From NCBI GenBank assembly GCA_016188965.1, contig JACPGT010000013.1:116609-180608 (forward strand): a stretch of 64,000 nucleotides of DNA, written 5' to 3'. The notes below the pieces were generated by a model that had not been told where the DNA came from, searched no databases, and saw only the letters and a list, made by a program, of their open reading frames with translations. Shown piece by piece: positions 1-8,963 of the stretch. Source of the stretch: Candidatus Micrarchaeota archaeon. GTDB lineage: Archaea > Micrarchaeota > Micrarchaeia > Norongarragalinales > Norongarragalinaceae. Every line of letters starts with the position of its first letter. The stretch's first letter is position 1. The position numbers and the translations under genes were made by a program.

Positions 1-365
1 AACGTGCCAATTGGGTTCAACCCTAAACTTTTTGCTGCGCTGCGGGCCGGAGCCTCGTCGATGCAGACGACGGGGAGACGATTTTCCAAAGCCAACGCCA
101 AGACCGAAGATTCACCCGCATCTAAAAAGGGCAACTCCAAGCGTTTTTTCACTTTCCGGACTTGGATGGACTTGCGTTGGACGGCCGCATCGATGACGCG
201 GGCATCCGGCTCCTTCTTCTCAAGACCCATCGTGACGGCTTCGTCGTAAACCGCCGGGGGAATCCATAAAGGTGTTTCAAACGTGTCCAAAAGCCAGTCC
301 AATTTTTTGGACTTGGCGAAGGTAATGAGGACGGATGAGTCCGCCACGGCGCGGACCTTATGCAT
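1..365 (-). CDS. PIN-domain toxin (DUF3368-like), 3'-partial at window edge
   Basis: Reverse-strand translation from ATG at 365 gives MHKVRAVADSSVLITFAKSKKLDWLL...CIDEAPARSAAKSLGL with no stop before position 1. Acidic residues and the D-rich core are typical of the PIN partner of UPF0175. The start overlaps the upstream antitoxin stop by 8 nt. Confidence 0.5.
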   Translation of the reverse strand, partial: MHKVRAVADSSVLITFAKSKKLDWLLDTFETPLWIPPAVYDEAVTMGLEKKEPDARVIDAAVQRKSIQVRKVKKRLELPFLDAGESSVLALALENRLPVVCIDEAPARSAAKSLGLNPIGT

Positions 366-678
366 GCAGGTCCTCCTCCAAATCAGATTGGCCGTAATGT
401 AAAGAGACGCCGCGACGGGCCAGTTCCGCATTCATCTCCCGCAGGCTCAAGCCGGCGATTTCGGCAGCCTTGGCGGTCGTGGCCCGGCCGTTGACGTATT
501 CCTCAATCGCCTTTTCCAGCAAAGCCTTGGACAAGCCTTTTTCCAAGACGTAACGGAAGACGAAACTTGAATCGGTCGCCGGCAGGAAACCCTTGACTTT
601 TTCCAGACGCGCCAATTGGGACTCTTCCAACCGCAGCGAAACAGTCTTCATGAAAAACCACCAAGTAATACGATGCAA
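358..678 (-). CDS. UPF0175-family antitoxin (HTH), paired with the downstream PIN gene
   Basis: 106-aa ORF ending ...LSLREMNAELARRGVSLHYGQSDLEEDL. The size, C-terminal HTH-like segment and overlap with the PIN gene are typical of UPF0175/DUF3368 pairs. Confidence 0.55.
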   Translation of the reverse strand: MHRITWWFFMKTVSLRLEESQLARLEKVKGFLPATDSSFVFRYVLEKGLSKALLEKAIEEYVNGRATTAKAAEIAGLSLREMNAELARRGVSLHYGQSDLEEDLHA

Positions 679-797
679 TAATTGGTATTAAATCGTTGGC
701 AAACCGGTACTCTGCCATCCATGAACTCGGAGCGAAAAACCTTCCGCAAACGGACGTCCGAACCATTTATTTCCTCGCAAAGCGTAATGAGCCCATC

Positions 798-1922
798 ATG
801 CGCATCCTCATGCTGAACTTGTTCTTTCCGCCGTACGAAGGCGGCACCGAGAAGCACGTGTACGAAGTCAGCCGACGGCTGGCGAAAAAGCACGACGTGA
901 CGGTGCTGACGGCGCGGCTGCCCGGCACCAAGAAAGAAGAAACCGTGGACGGCATCCGCGTGGTGCGCACCCCCGCATGGGTGCTCAAAGATTTGCCCGG
1001 CCCCCTGCCGCCGCCGGTGCCCTTGATGCCCGAACACGCCGCCGACGTCCGACGGCTCCTGAAACAACACGACGTCCTGCACGCCCATAACCGATTCTTT
1101 TACGGACTTGACTTGGTCAACTGGACGAAGAAAGCCAAAAAGCCGCTGTATTTGACGTTGCACAACGCACGCCCCGACGGCATCGACTTTTCCACCGATT
1201 TTTGGGGCCAGGCGTACGACGACACCATCGGAAAGACCATCATGAACGCCTGCACTGGTGTGCTCGGCGTTAGCCGAAACACGCTGGACGTGACGCTGCC
1301 CAAGAAGTTCAAAGGCAAGACCGCCGTGGCGTACAATGGCGTGGACGGCACCGTTTTCCGGCCCCAGGCAAGCGGCGTGAAAGACCGCCTCGGCATCGAA
1401 CGCATGGTGCTCTGCGTGGCGCGCTTCGTGCCCCAAAAAGGCCTCGAATACCTGCTGGACGCCATGGCCGACGTGGACGCCGATTTGGTGCTCGTCGGAC
1501 GCGGACCCTTGGAGAAAAAACTCAAAAACCAGGCCAAAAAGCTGAAAATCGAAAACCGCGTGCACGTATTGACGCAGAAGATTACAAACAAAGAACTCGC
1601 GACGTACTACGCCGCGGCCGACGTTTTTTGTTTGCCGTCGTTGTGGGAGCCGTTCGGCATGGTCGCCGCCGAAGCCCTCGCTTGCAGCGTACCCGTCGTC
1701 GCTACGCGCATCGGCGGATTGCCGGAAGTCGTCCGCGACCCAAAAGACGGATTCCTCGTTCCTCCCAAAAGCCCCCACGCGCTTTCCAAACGCATCCAAC
1801 ACCTGCTGGACGACCCCAAAAAAGCGCGGAAAATGGGCCAAAGCGGCCGCGCGCACGTCCTGAAGAAGTTCACGTGGGAGAAAACCGCGGAAGCGTACGA
1901 AAAAATGTACCGGAACCGCTGA
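798..1922 (+). CDS. Glycosyltransferase family 4 (GT-B, 'group 1')
   Basis: MRILMLNLFFPPYEGGTEKHVYE N-terminal domain and the classic C-terminal EPFGMVAAEALACSVPVVATRIGGLPEVV motif. ATG at 798 is chosen inside the longer ORF 696..1922. Confidence 0.85.
   Translation: MRILMLNLFFPPYEGGTEKHVYEVSRRLAKKHDVTVLTARLPGTKKEETVDGIRVVRTPAWVLKDLPGPLPPPVPLMPEHAADVRRLLKQHDVLHAHNRFFYGLDLVNWTKKAKKPLYLTLHNARPDGIDFSTDFWGQAYDDTIGKTIMNACTGVLGVSRNTLDVTLPKKFKGKTAVAYNGVDGTVFRPQASGVKDRLGIERMVLCVARFVPQKGLEYLLDAMADVDADLVLVGRGPLEKKLKNQAKKLKIENRVHVLTQKITNKELATYYAAADVFCLPSLWEPFGMVAAEALACSVPVVATRIGGLPEVVRDPKDGFLVPPKSPHALSKRIQHLLDDPKKARKMGQSGRAHVLKKFTWEKTAEAYEKMYRNR
1711..1922. repeat. Copy A of a repeated segment: the native 3' end of the GT4 gene (model for copies B and C)
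   Basis: ggattgccggaagtcgtcc (1718-1736) and gaagaagttcacgtgggagaaaaccgcggaagcgtacgaaaaaatgtaccgg (1863-1912) recur in degenerate form at 3196-3245 and 4904-4995. Confidence 0.6.
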
Positions 1923-1949
1923 AACGAAAAAAATGGCGAACGGTAAAAA

Positions 1950-3086
1950 TCAGGGCGTCCGAGGTCCGGCCAGCAGCCATTCTTCGACCGTCTTGCACTC
2001 CGCACCCCGAGGCAAAACGGCGTCCACCGGTCTGGCCGTCAAAAGAAGGCCGCGTTCCGCCATCTTCATTCCGGACTGCAGGCCCTCCAGCTCGCGTGAA
2101 GGAAGCGAATCCCCGGAGAATACTTGGACTGCAAGCCGTGCCTTGCCGGGAGCCGTCGCGACAAAATCACACTCTGCCGTCCCGCCCAGGTATGCCAGGT
2201 CATAACCGCGGCGCGCCAATTCGACCGCCACCACGTTTTCCAGACGGCGGCCGAAATCCGGGCTTTCCGAAACGCTCACCGACTTCTGCAAACCCGTATC
2301 CCAGGCATAATGCTTGGTATCGGCCACCAACCGCTCACGAGGAGAGCGGACTAACGGAGGCACTCGCAACACCAAAAACGCGTCGACCAGTCCGTCCACG
2401 TACGACCGCAGGGTCGGCTGGCTTATGCCCAAGGCATCCGCCGTCTTTTTCGACGAGATGACTTTGCCGCTTTCCGACAGCAACAAGATGGCCAGGTCCT
2501 TCAACGAGTTGACTTCCCGAATGCCCTTGCGCGCCGCCACGTCTCGCAAGACCGCCAACTCGAAATACAGCCGATGCAAGGTGGGCGCATCATTCGTGCG
2601 CAACACGCATTCCGGATAACCCCCCACGCGGAGGTATTGCTCGAACGAGTTCAGGCCCCACGCCCGGGCATTACGGAACGACAAGGGCAACACATGCTGG
2701 GGAACGGCGCGGCCGGCCAGGATGGTGCTGATTTCCTTGGATAGAAGCGACGCGCTGGAACCAGTCACCAACACGTGGTGTCTGCCATACTCGATTTCTT
2801 CCCGCACCAGGCGCTCCCAACCGGACAACGTCTGGATCTCATCCAGCACCAGCAAACCGCCTTTGGGTACGGCCTTAACCGCGTCAGCCAGTGCCGGGAC
2901 GGAAGACGGAGCGCCGGTCTTTTCCAAGTCAAAATACTGCCCCTGGCCCCCTTTAGACTGCCACGCATCCAACAGGCGCAACGCCAGCGTGCTTTTGCCC
3001 GCCCGTCGCGGCCCGATCAAAGCTAACGCTTCCTTCCAGGACAATTTCCCGAAAAGGCCCAATTCCTCCTCCCGCGGCAACGACAT
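1950..3086 (-). CDS. AAA+ ATPase with C-terminal DUF4143-like domain (COG1373-type)
   Basis: Walker A GPRRAGKSTLAL near the N-terminus and Walker B LLVLDEIQ. TATA-like TTTATTTATA lies about 25 nt upstream of the ATG in an AT-rich spacer (3087-3200). Confidence 0.8.
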   Translation of the reverse strand: MSLPREEELGLFGKLSWKEALALIGPRRAGKSTLALRLLDAWQSKGGQGQYFDLEKTGAPSSVPALADAVKAVPKGGLLVLDEIQTLSGWERLVREEIEYGRHHVLVTGSSASLLSKEISTILAGRAVPQHVLPLSFRNARAWGLNSFEQYLRVGGYPECVLRTNDAPTLHRLYFELAVLRDVAARKGIREVNSLKDLAILLLSESGKVISSKKTADALGISQPTLRSYVDGLVDAFLVLRVPPLVRSPRERLVADTKHYAWDTGLQKSVSVSESPDFGRRLENVVAVELARRGYDLAYLGGTAECDFVATAPGKARLAVQVFSGDSLPSRELEGLQSGMKMAERGLLLTARPVDAVLPRGAECKTVEEWLLAGPRTP

Positions 3087-3195
3087 AATGAAAACATGAT
3101 TTCAGCACATATAAATAACTATCGTATAAATAAAAAATACTTAAATACAGTGAAAGTAGAGGGAGGCATTCAAGTACACAGACAGTCGCCAGCAC

Positions 3196-3245
3196 GCTTG
3201 AAGAAGACCATGGGACAAGACGGCAAAAGCGTACGAAAAGATTTA
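3196..3245. repeat. Copy B: degenerate duplicate of the GT4 3' end
   Basis: tgaagaagaccatgggacaagacggcaaaagcgtacgaaaagat aligns to GT4 1863-1910 at about 75-80 % identity. It abuts the AbiEii stop codon. Confidence 0.55.
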
Positions 3246-4040
3246 TTCGTTTTGAAGCAAGGACAGGACGGACGCGACGACTTCGTCGGCGATCGGCCCG
3301 AATTCCGGGGGACTCTTCATCAAAACGCCCAATTCAGAACGCCATATCTTGGCTTTGGATTGGACGGCAGATGCGAATTCATCGCGAGCGAAACGAACAT
3401 CGTAATACTTCAATTTCTTGTTCACCGAATCCAAATCCGTCCGGACGCCTTTTCGCAGCAAAAACCATGCGTCGTAGACATCGCGCGCCTTGTCCCGTGT
3501 CAATAACGCCCGTATTTTTTCCGACAGAATCTCCGCGGAATCCAAGGCGTAAACGGTGTACGGCCGGATGTCGTCATACGGAGGCACGACCCTTCGCGCC
3601 TGCGCAGGCAAAAGCGGTTTCTCGCGAAGACTCAATTCCAACGTCAGATGCTGCATGCTTTTGGCCTCGCCGTTGAAAAGAGGGCCCGCTAGCTGGACTT
3701 TGAAGGATGCGGAACGCTCATCCGTGAACCTGCGGGATAAGCGCGGCTTGAAATCGTCAACGGTGGCCAACGCGTGTTCAACCCACTCAAGCGGGCTTCT
3801 ATCCGCAGAGACCGTGAAATCCAAATCCTCCGAAAAACGGTCCAGACCCATCGTTTTCTGCAAGCACGTGCCGCCTTTGAACACGAATTCCGTCGTGGTC
3901 TTTGAATAGACGGCCCGCAGCAACTGGTGCTGCAGGTAATCCTTCTCCGCTTGGTACAAGTGGAAGCCCAGCGTCCTTGCTTTTCGCGCCAACTCCTCCC
4001 GCGTAATCATTCCATCGCCTCGTTCACCAGGATGCGCCAC
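3243..4040 (-). CDS. AbiEii/AbiGii-family nucleotidyltransferase toxin (DUF1814)
   Basis: MITREELARKARTLGFHLYQAEKDYLQHQLL...FVFKGGTCLQKTMGLDRFSEDLDF is the hallmark N-terminus of AbiEii nucleotidyltransferases. Alternative start at 4010. It overlaps the upstream AbiEi gene. Confidence 0.8.
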   Translation of the reverse strand: MAHPGERGDGMITREELARKARTLGFHLYQAEKDYLQHQLLRAVYSKTTTEFVFKGGTCLQKTMGLDRFSEDLDFTVSADRSPLEWVEHALATVDDFKPRLSRRFTDERSASFKVQLAGPLFNGEAKSMQHLTLELSLREKPLLPAQARRVVPPYDDIRPYTVYALDSAEILSEKIRALLTRDKARDVYDAWFLLRKGVRTDLDSVNKKLKYYDVRFARDEFASAVQSKAKIWRSELGVLMKSPPEFGPIADEVVASVLSLLQNE

Positions 4041-4720
4041 GCCGCGTTCTTGCTGCCGCGGGAAGGCAAATTCGGATTCAACAAGCCATAGGACGGGGTC
4101 ACGAGCTTCCTCAAACCCGATGCATCCAGACCGGCCCGCTCCATCAGGAAACCCAGGCGCTTGGCCACGATCGGCGAATCGAACCGCTTTGCATACTCCA
4201 CCAATTTGGACGCGTCCAACTGCCCGACTGCGGACGCTGCCTCGGTAATGGGTAAATGCTCCGGTAGGTACAAACCGTCCAGCACCGCCTTTTCAGGCTC
4301 GGCCACCGTTACCGAGCCATACCGCTTGAACCCGAAATAGCGGAAAGCTGAAAGACGGATGAAAACAAAACGCGCGGATCCCACCGTCGCCGTCTTTTTC
4401 GGTTTTGGACAGGCGAGTTGGAGGGTGCGCGGCAATTGGGACGTCAAACCGTGGAATGACAACGCCGACAAGAACGACACGTACCCCACACCAAAGGCTT
4501 CAGCGATTTCGAACGGGGTGCGATCGGCGAGGACGAACTTGCCCCGCTCGACGCGGGCGATGGCTCCTCGTTTGATTGCTCGGGCCAGGAACAATTTGAC
4601 GTACTCCGGCTTTTTGCGCATCACGCGGGCGGCATCTGCAAGGGTGAACGACGTCAAGCCCAGTCCGGATAATTCCTTCATGAATTCGAACAACTTCACG
4701 ATTCCACACCCTACCTCCAC
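4007..4720 (-). CDS. AbiEi-family antitoxin/transcriptional regulator (type IV TA)
   Basis: 237 aa with an N-terminal wHTH-like segment (TSFTLADAARVMRKKPEYVKLFLARAIKRGAI), located immediately upstream of and overlapping AbiEii. Confidence 0.7.
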   Translation of the reverse strand: MEVGCGIVKLFEFMKELSGLGLTSFTLADAARVMRKKPEYVKLFLARAIKRGAIARVERGKFVLADRTPFEIAEAFGVGYVSFLSALSFHGLTSQLPRTLQLACPKPKKTATVGSARFVFIRLSAFRYFGFKRYGSVTVAEPEKAVLDGLYLPEHLPITEAASAVGQLDASKLVEYAKRFDSPIVAKRLGFLMERAGLDASGLRKLVTPSYGLLNPNLPSRGSKNAAWRILVNEAME

Positions 4721-4903
4721 ACCGGATTAGTTCATAAGTTAATAAAGATATCTTTTTTGATATCTTTAAGCATACATAAACACAAACTCGAAGTATTTTG
4801 TGAAACCACAACGGCCGAAAGCAGCGAAAACGAGAAGCCCGATTCGGGATTAGCAGGGTGAAAAACAAAAGAGCATTGTCGAAAAACCGGGACGGAATCC
4901 GAC

Positions 4904-4995
4904 AGCAAAATCAGCGGGTTGCCGGAAGTCGTCCAAAAAAAGCTCAAAAAAAAGGGGGGACAAGACGGAAAAAGCATACGAAAAAATGTATCATG
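4904..4995. repeat. Copy C: degenerate duplicate of the GT4 3' end with an internal deletion
   Basis: cgggttgccggaagtcgtcc matches 1714-1736 (22/25). ggacaagacggaaaaagcatacgaaaaaatgta matches copy B and the GT4 terminus. Confidence 0.55.
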
Positions 4996-5110
4996 CGGCA
5001 GCTTAGCTTCGCGGGTCGAGCCGCCGGCACCGCAACGGTCCGACAAAAACCGGCAGCCGACGGACAAAGCCCGGCGCGGGGTAGGCGTGCGGGCAAGCAC
5101 GTAAAGGCAC

Positions 5111-6715
5111 TCACTTCGCGAGGTGTTCGCCCATCAAGCGCATTTTTTCCGACGTCAGCGTCCAAGGCGAAACCTTGTTGCCCGGTTCAACCAAGGTATT
5201 TGGAACGTCGGAAAAGTTGAGGTATTTCCATCGCTCGGAAATGCGCGGGTCTTTGAAACGCTTGAGGGATTCTTCGAACGGTTTGGCGCCGCGCGCGGCA
5301 AAGCCATCCAGGCCTACGAACGGCACGTGGTGGCGTTTGAGCACGTCGGCATAATGGTTCAAACCGTCCACGCTTTGCAAAGAATTCGGATAAAACAAGC
5401 CGCCGGCGCCGGAAACGTACGGCTTGACGGTTTGCGCCAGTAGCGAAATCTCGTCGGCTTGCGCGGAAAAAAGCGCCGGGTCGTGCGGCAACAAAGGCGA
5501 GAACACGACCGAGACGTTCGCCTTGCCTCCGAACGCCGCGTGCACCGAGCGGAAAGCCTCGCGCACCGCGCCCAAGGGCTGGACCAAATCCTTATTCTCT
5601 TTCCAATAATACGGGGAACGCGGAGAATTCAAGCCGGGGGCGAATTGCAGCGTGGCGGGCCCGAATTCGGAGACGTCTTTGGCAATGGAATCCAGCGTGG
5701 CGTGGTACTTCGGGACGTTGTACAGGCCTTCCGTCGGCTCCAGCACGAAGTGCGGCCGCACGCCGGCCTGCACCATGGCACGCAAGTCGTCGCGCTCCTC
5801 CGGCGTGAAAAAACCGTTCCCGGGCTGGCGCATCCAGCGTTGTTGCGAGTCCTGGTTAAGGCGGATGAAGACGGAGTTGCCGGAAAAACGCACGCCGCTT
5901 TTGTGGCCCAAATCGGCCAACGCCTCGTGCGGCACGAAATGCACCGGCGTTTTGGGAACCGGCCCGACGACTTCCCGACCCTGCGATTGACGCCAGGACG
6001 CCAACGGGTACGCGCCGATGGCGACGCGTTGCGCGAACGAAGACGCCGCCTTGTCCGAAAAGGGCCCTTCCGAAAGGAAGCGGATCAGACGCATGAAAGG
6101 GTTGGTTCCGGCCAAACCCACGGCAGCGGTGGTGACGCCAGCGGCTCCCACGGCCGCGCCACCGAGGAACTTGCGGCGGGAAATCGGGCGCTCCCAGAAC
6201 GGCAGTTTCTCGACGGCAGGATCAACGACTTGGAAAGTATGGCGGCCAATCTTGAATTCCAGGTCGTGTTGCAGAACGATCCGATCTGATGGCGTCAACA
6301 AACGACTGCGGAACGCTTCGGGCTCCCGCACGTGCACATCGCCTTGACGCCTGAACAAAACATATTGACCCGAAGCCAAACGCTGGATAACGGCATGACG
6401 CAGTTTGACGTCACTGGATTTCGGCAAGTGAAAACGAGGGCCGGGACGGTGGCCCAAAGAAACGGCATCACCGGCCTTGAGCGACAAGGATTCTTCTTGA
6501 AATGCACCCGGACGTGGGCGACCGATTCGACGAATGATAAAATCCATATCAATCCTTTTCGCATAACGGAATAAATATAGCCCGCGCAGGCCCACAAGAA
6601 GACGGGAGACGGTGGACAAAAAATGCAGACCAAAAGAATTCACCTCGAACGTGTGAAATTGGCCATCCAAAGAAGAAAACCCGTATCTATATGCGTGGTG
6701 TGCGGTGCTAACCAA
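5111..6715 (-). CDS. FHA-domain protein with a single TM (twin-Arg-like SRRKFLGGAAVGAAG) and a large extracytoplasmic domain of unknown function; probable true start near 6547
   Basis: FHA-like stretch SSDVKLRHAVIQRLASGQYVLFRRQGDV...RIVLQHDLEFKIGRHTFQV, then a hydrophobic helix, then about 320 aa that could be hydrolase-like (unverified). Confidence 0.5.
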   Translation of the reverse strand: MVSTAHHAYRYGFSSLDGQFHTFEVNSFGLHFLSTVSRLLVGLRGLYLFRYAKRIDMDFIIRRIGRPRPGAFQEESLSLKAGDAVSLGHRPGPRFHLPKSSDVKLRHAVIQRLASGQYVLFRRQGDVHVREPEAFRSRLLTPSDRIVLQHDLEFKIGRHTFQVVDPAVEKLPFWERPISRRKFLGGAAVGAAGVTTAAVGLAGTNPFMRLIRFLSEGPFSDKAASSFAQRVAIGAYPLASWRQSQGREVVGPVPKTPVHFVPHEALADLGHKSGVRFSGNSVFIRLNQDSQQRWMRQPGNGFFTPEERDDLRAMVQAGVRPHFVLEPTEGLYNVPKYHATLDSIAKDVSEFGPATLQFAPGLNSPRSPYYWKENKDLVQPLGAVREAFRSVHAAFGGKANVSVVFSPLLPHDPALFSAQADEISLLAQTVKPYVSGAGGLFYPNSLQSVDGLNHYADVLKRHHVPFVGLDGFAARGAKPFEESLKRFKDPRISERWKYLNFSDVPNTLVEPGNKVSPWTLTSEKMRLMGEHLAK

Positions 6716-7261
6716 GTGCGCAGCCCGTTGGCCGAATTTTTATTGCACCAATGGTTTCAAGATCAACGCCATCCGCAAACCGGCAAGAAGTTGGATAACG
6801 TCCGCGTTTCTTCACGCGGCATGCGAGCAATCTCCGGAGAGGCACTACCGAAAAACGTGCGAGCCATGCTGTTGGAACACGTGCACGCTCAAAATCCAAT
6901 CTACGTAACCCGACGCGCCGAAATGTTTCGCACGCAGGACTGCCAACCCCCGCGCCGAGTGTTGGCCCAACACCATCTGATACTCTTTCTGGAACCGGCC
7001 GACCGCGATGCATTCATCAACCAATTCTCAGAACCTGAATCACGCGCCGAAGCTGTGCGAAAAGCTTGGACGCTTAAGGGCTTGGCCTTGAATCAAGAAG
7101 ACCGATCCGACTCGGATTCGAATCACGTTCCGGATCCAGGACGATTGCACCAAACCGGAAATCGGTGGCAGAAAACCATTCTTCGCCAAGTTCGAAACCT
7201 CTGTAAACTTGCATTCAACCGGGTGATCGAACCGAACAGCAGCACGCCGATCACACCGTAA
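6623..7261 (+). CDS. Low-molecular-weight protein tyrosine phosphatase / ArsC-fold phosphatase
   Basis: P-loop ICVVCGANQVRSPLAE (CX5R-S) plus downstream SRG...YVTRRA pattern. A GTG at 6653 is an alternative start. Confidence 0.55.
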   Translation: MQTKRIHLERVKLAIQRRKPVSICVVCGANQVRSPLAEFLLHQWFQDQRHPQTGKKLDNVRVSSRGMRAISGEALPKNVRAMLLEHVHAQNPIYVTRRAEMFRTQDCQPPRRVLAQHHLILFLEPADRDAFINQFSEPESRAEAVRKAWTLKGLALNQEDRSDSDSNHVPDPGRLHQTGNRWQKTILRQVRNLCKLAFNRVIEPNSSTPITP

Positions 7262-7413
7262 TCCCATCCCAGCAAATCGAGGAAAACAACTAACGCGGCC
7301 ATGCTGAATCGTTACGTCAGAAAATAGCCCGGAAAAAAAACGTGAATTCAAAAAAAAACGGAACGTTTTAGCGTCCAGCACAACACGTCACGGGCCCTGT
7401 CGGCCAATATGAT

Positions 7414-7425
7414 GGTATAAAAAGG
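7414..7425 (+). promoter_or_regulatory. Archaeal TATA box (GGTATAAAAAGG) centred ~27 nt upstream of ATG 7446, implying a leaderless mRNA
   Basis: seen in sequence. Confidence 0.55.
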
Positions 7426-7445
7426 CAGAAGAAAAAAAACCACTC

Positions 7446-8879
7446 ATGGAATTGGTTTTACCCCGTCCCCGCGCCGAGGAAGGAATCCGATGGCGTTGGC
7501 CGGATTCCGGCATCATCCGAGACTTATTCCAACGAATAAGTCCACGGGAACGAATCACCGATCCTCGTGTCGCTGCACAACACCACTATTTGGAACAATT
7601 GGGTCAACAAGATCGCGCGCGCTCGGCGTCTTGGACAAAAACGCTCTATCGATTAACCGGGGGCCGGACCGGCTACCTTCAGGAATTGAACCGTTTCAAC
7701 CGAAGCCTGCCATCCATGCACAAGGATTGCAAGATGAGTGTCGTCATCGCGGCGGCCAACGAGGAACAGAACATTACCCGAACGTTGGAAGGCTGGACCA
7801 CGCGCCAACATCGGGTCAATCCAAACGATTACGAAATCGTCGTGTTGGTCAATAAGCCAAACGCGGCAGCGAAATGGGACAAGACGGCCGATCGCGTGCG
7901 CGAATTCCAACGCAAGAATCCCCGGTACAGAATCCGACTGGTCCAAAAAGAGTTCAATTTTCCCGAACAGGACATCGGCCTGAACGGCCAGAGAATCACC
8001 AAAGGCGTGCACATGGGGCTTATATTCAAATTCGCATCCGACCTATCATTGTTGCGCAACCTGAACAGGAAAAGCACACAAAAAGCCAATCACATGATCA
8101 TTACGTCTGGCGGAGACGTGGTCGCGCGGCACCCCAAGCTTGTTCGCTGGCTCCTGGCACAAGGACAAAAGGAACCGGGAGCTGACTTCTTGAAAATCGG
8201 TTACGGCTTGGCTCCGTCCGTAGCCCGACGAGTGCCGTTGTATTGGGCGTTTCATAATTACCGCAACGCGTTTTCGGACGTCTACAACGGTACGCGCCCC
8301 CGAAGGCATGGCGCATTCCGCGCGGCCGCGTATGCTGGCGTAGGGGGGTTCAATCCCGATCGCAACGTCGCGGAGGAAATCGAGTTTGGAAAGCGTTTGA
8401 CGGATGCCGGCGCGGTTATTTCAGAGCCCGAATTCATTGGAGTCTTGGACAATCCCCGCCGAAGCCTGCACACGCTTCTGGCCAACCGCCCGATGGTCGG
8501 AGAGTACCGTAATTTTGATGCGGACGAAGCGCTCAAAGACATGGGGGAAGGCCATCTCAGACAAATTCCGCCATGGGCTTTGCTGAACGCTCAAAACCTG
8601 TCGCGGGAAGTCTCGTCCCATTTCAACGCGTACATGCAACGGATGCGTCAGATGCGTACGCCGGGTTGGTTTACCAAAACACAGCGAATGCTGGCGGCCG
8701 GCATGGAACAAATCGGCTTGACGCCGGCGGATTACCGCGTGCAAGTCCAGCAGACACCGACGGGACGTATCACGGGAGCGCGCGTGCAAATACTGAATGT
8801 GGAGAAAGTCTGGCAAGCTCACCGGCAAAGCCTCCAAAGTCAGACGCATTCGTGGGTGCGCCAGGCACCGATGTTCTAG
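7446..8879 (+). CDS. Glycosyltransferase family 2-like protein with an N-terminal extension
   Basis: MSVVIAAANEEQNITRTLEGW...YEIVVLVNKPN resembles the GT2 N-terminal signature (SVVIPxYNEE...EIIVVDD). The start is supported by TATA at -27. Confidence 0.4.
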   Translation: MELVLPRPRAEEGIRWRWPDSGIIRDLFQRISPRERITDPRVAAQHHYLEQLGQQDRARSASWTKTLYRLTGGRTGYLQELNRFNRSLPSMHKDCKMSVVIAAANEEQNITRTLEGWTTRQHRVNPNDYEIVVLVNKPNAAAKWDKTADRVREFQRKNPRYRIRLVQKEFNFPEQDIGLNGQRITKGVHMGLIFKFASDLSLLRNLNRKSTQKANHMIITSGGDVVARHPKLVRWLLAQGQKEPGADFLKIGYGLAPSVARRVPLYWAFHNYRNAFSDVYNGTRPRRHGAFRAAAYAGVGGFNPDRNVAEEIEFGKRLTDAGAVISEPEFIGVLDNPRRSLHTLLANRPMVGEYRNFDADEALKDMGEGHLRQIPPWALLNAQNLSREVSSHFNAYMQRMRQMRTPGWFTKTQRMLAAGMEQIGLTPADYRVQVQQTPTGRITGARVQILNVEKVWQAHRQSLQSQTHSWVRQAPMF

Positions 8880-8963
8880 AGGACGCGCCAAAAAGGCGGA
8901 GACAATAATAATATACTCGGCCTTATCTCGAAATATGAGACTCACATTCAGGAGGAGAGAGGC

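Noticed and set aside
4-249. Plus-strand ORFs 4..249 and 11..196 at the window start
   Set aside because: The reverse strand here encodes a well-formed PIN-domain protein whose start overlaps the UPF0175 stop.
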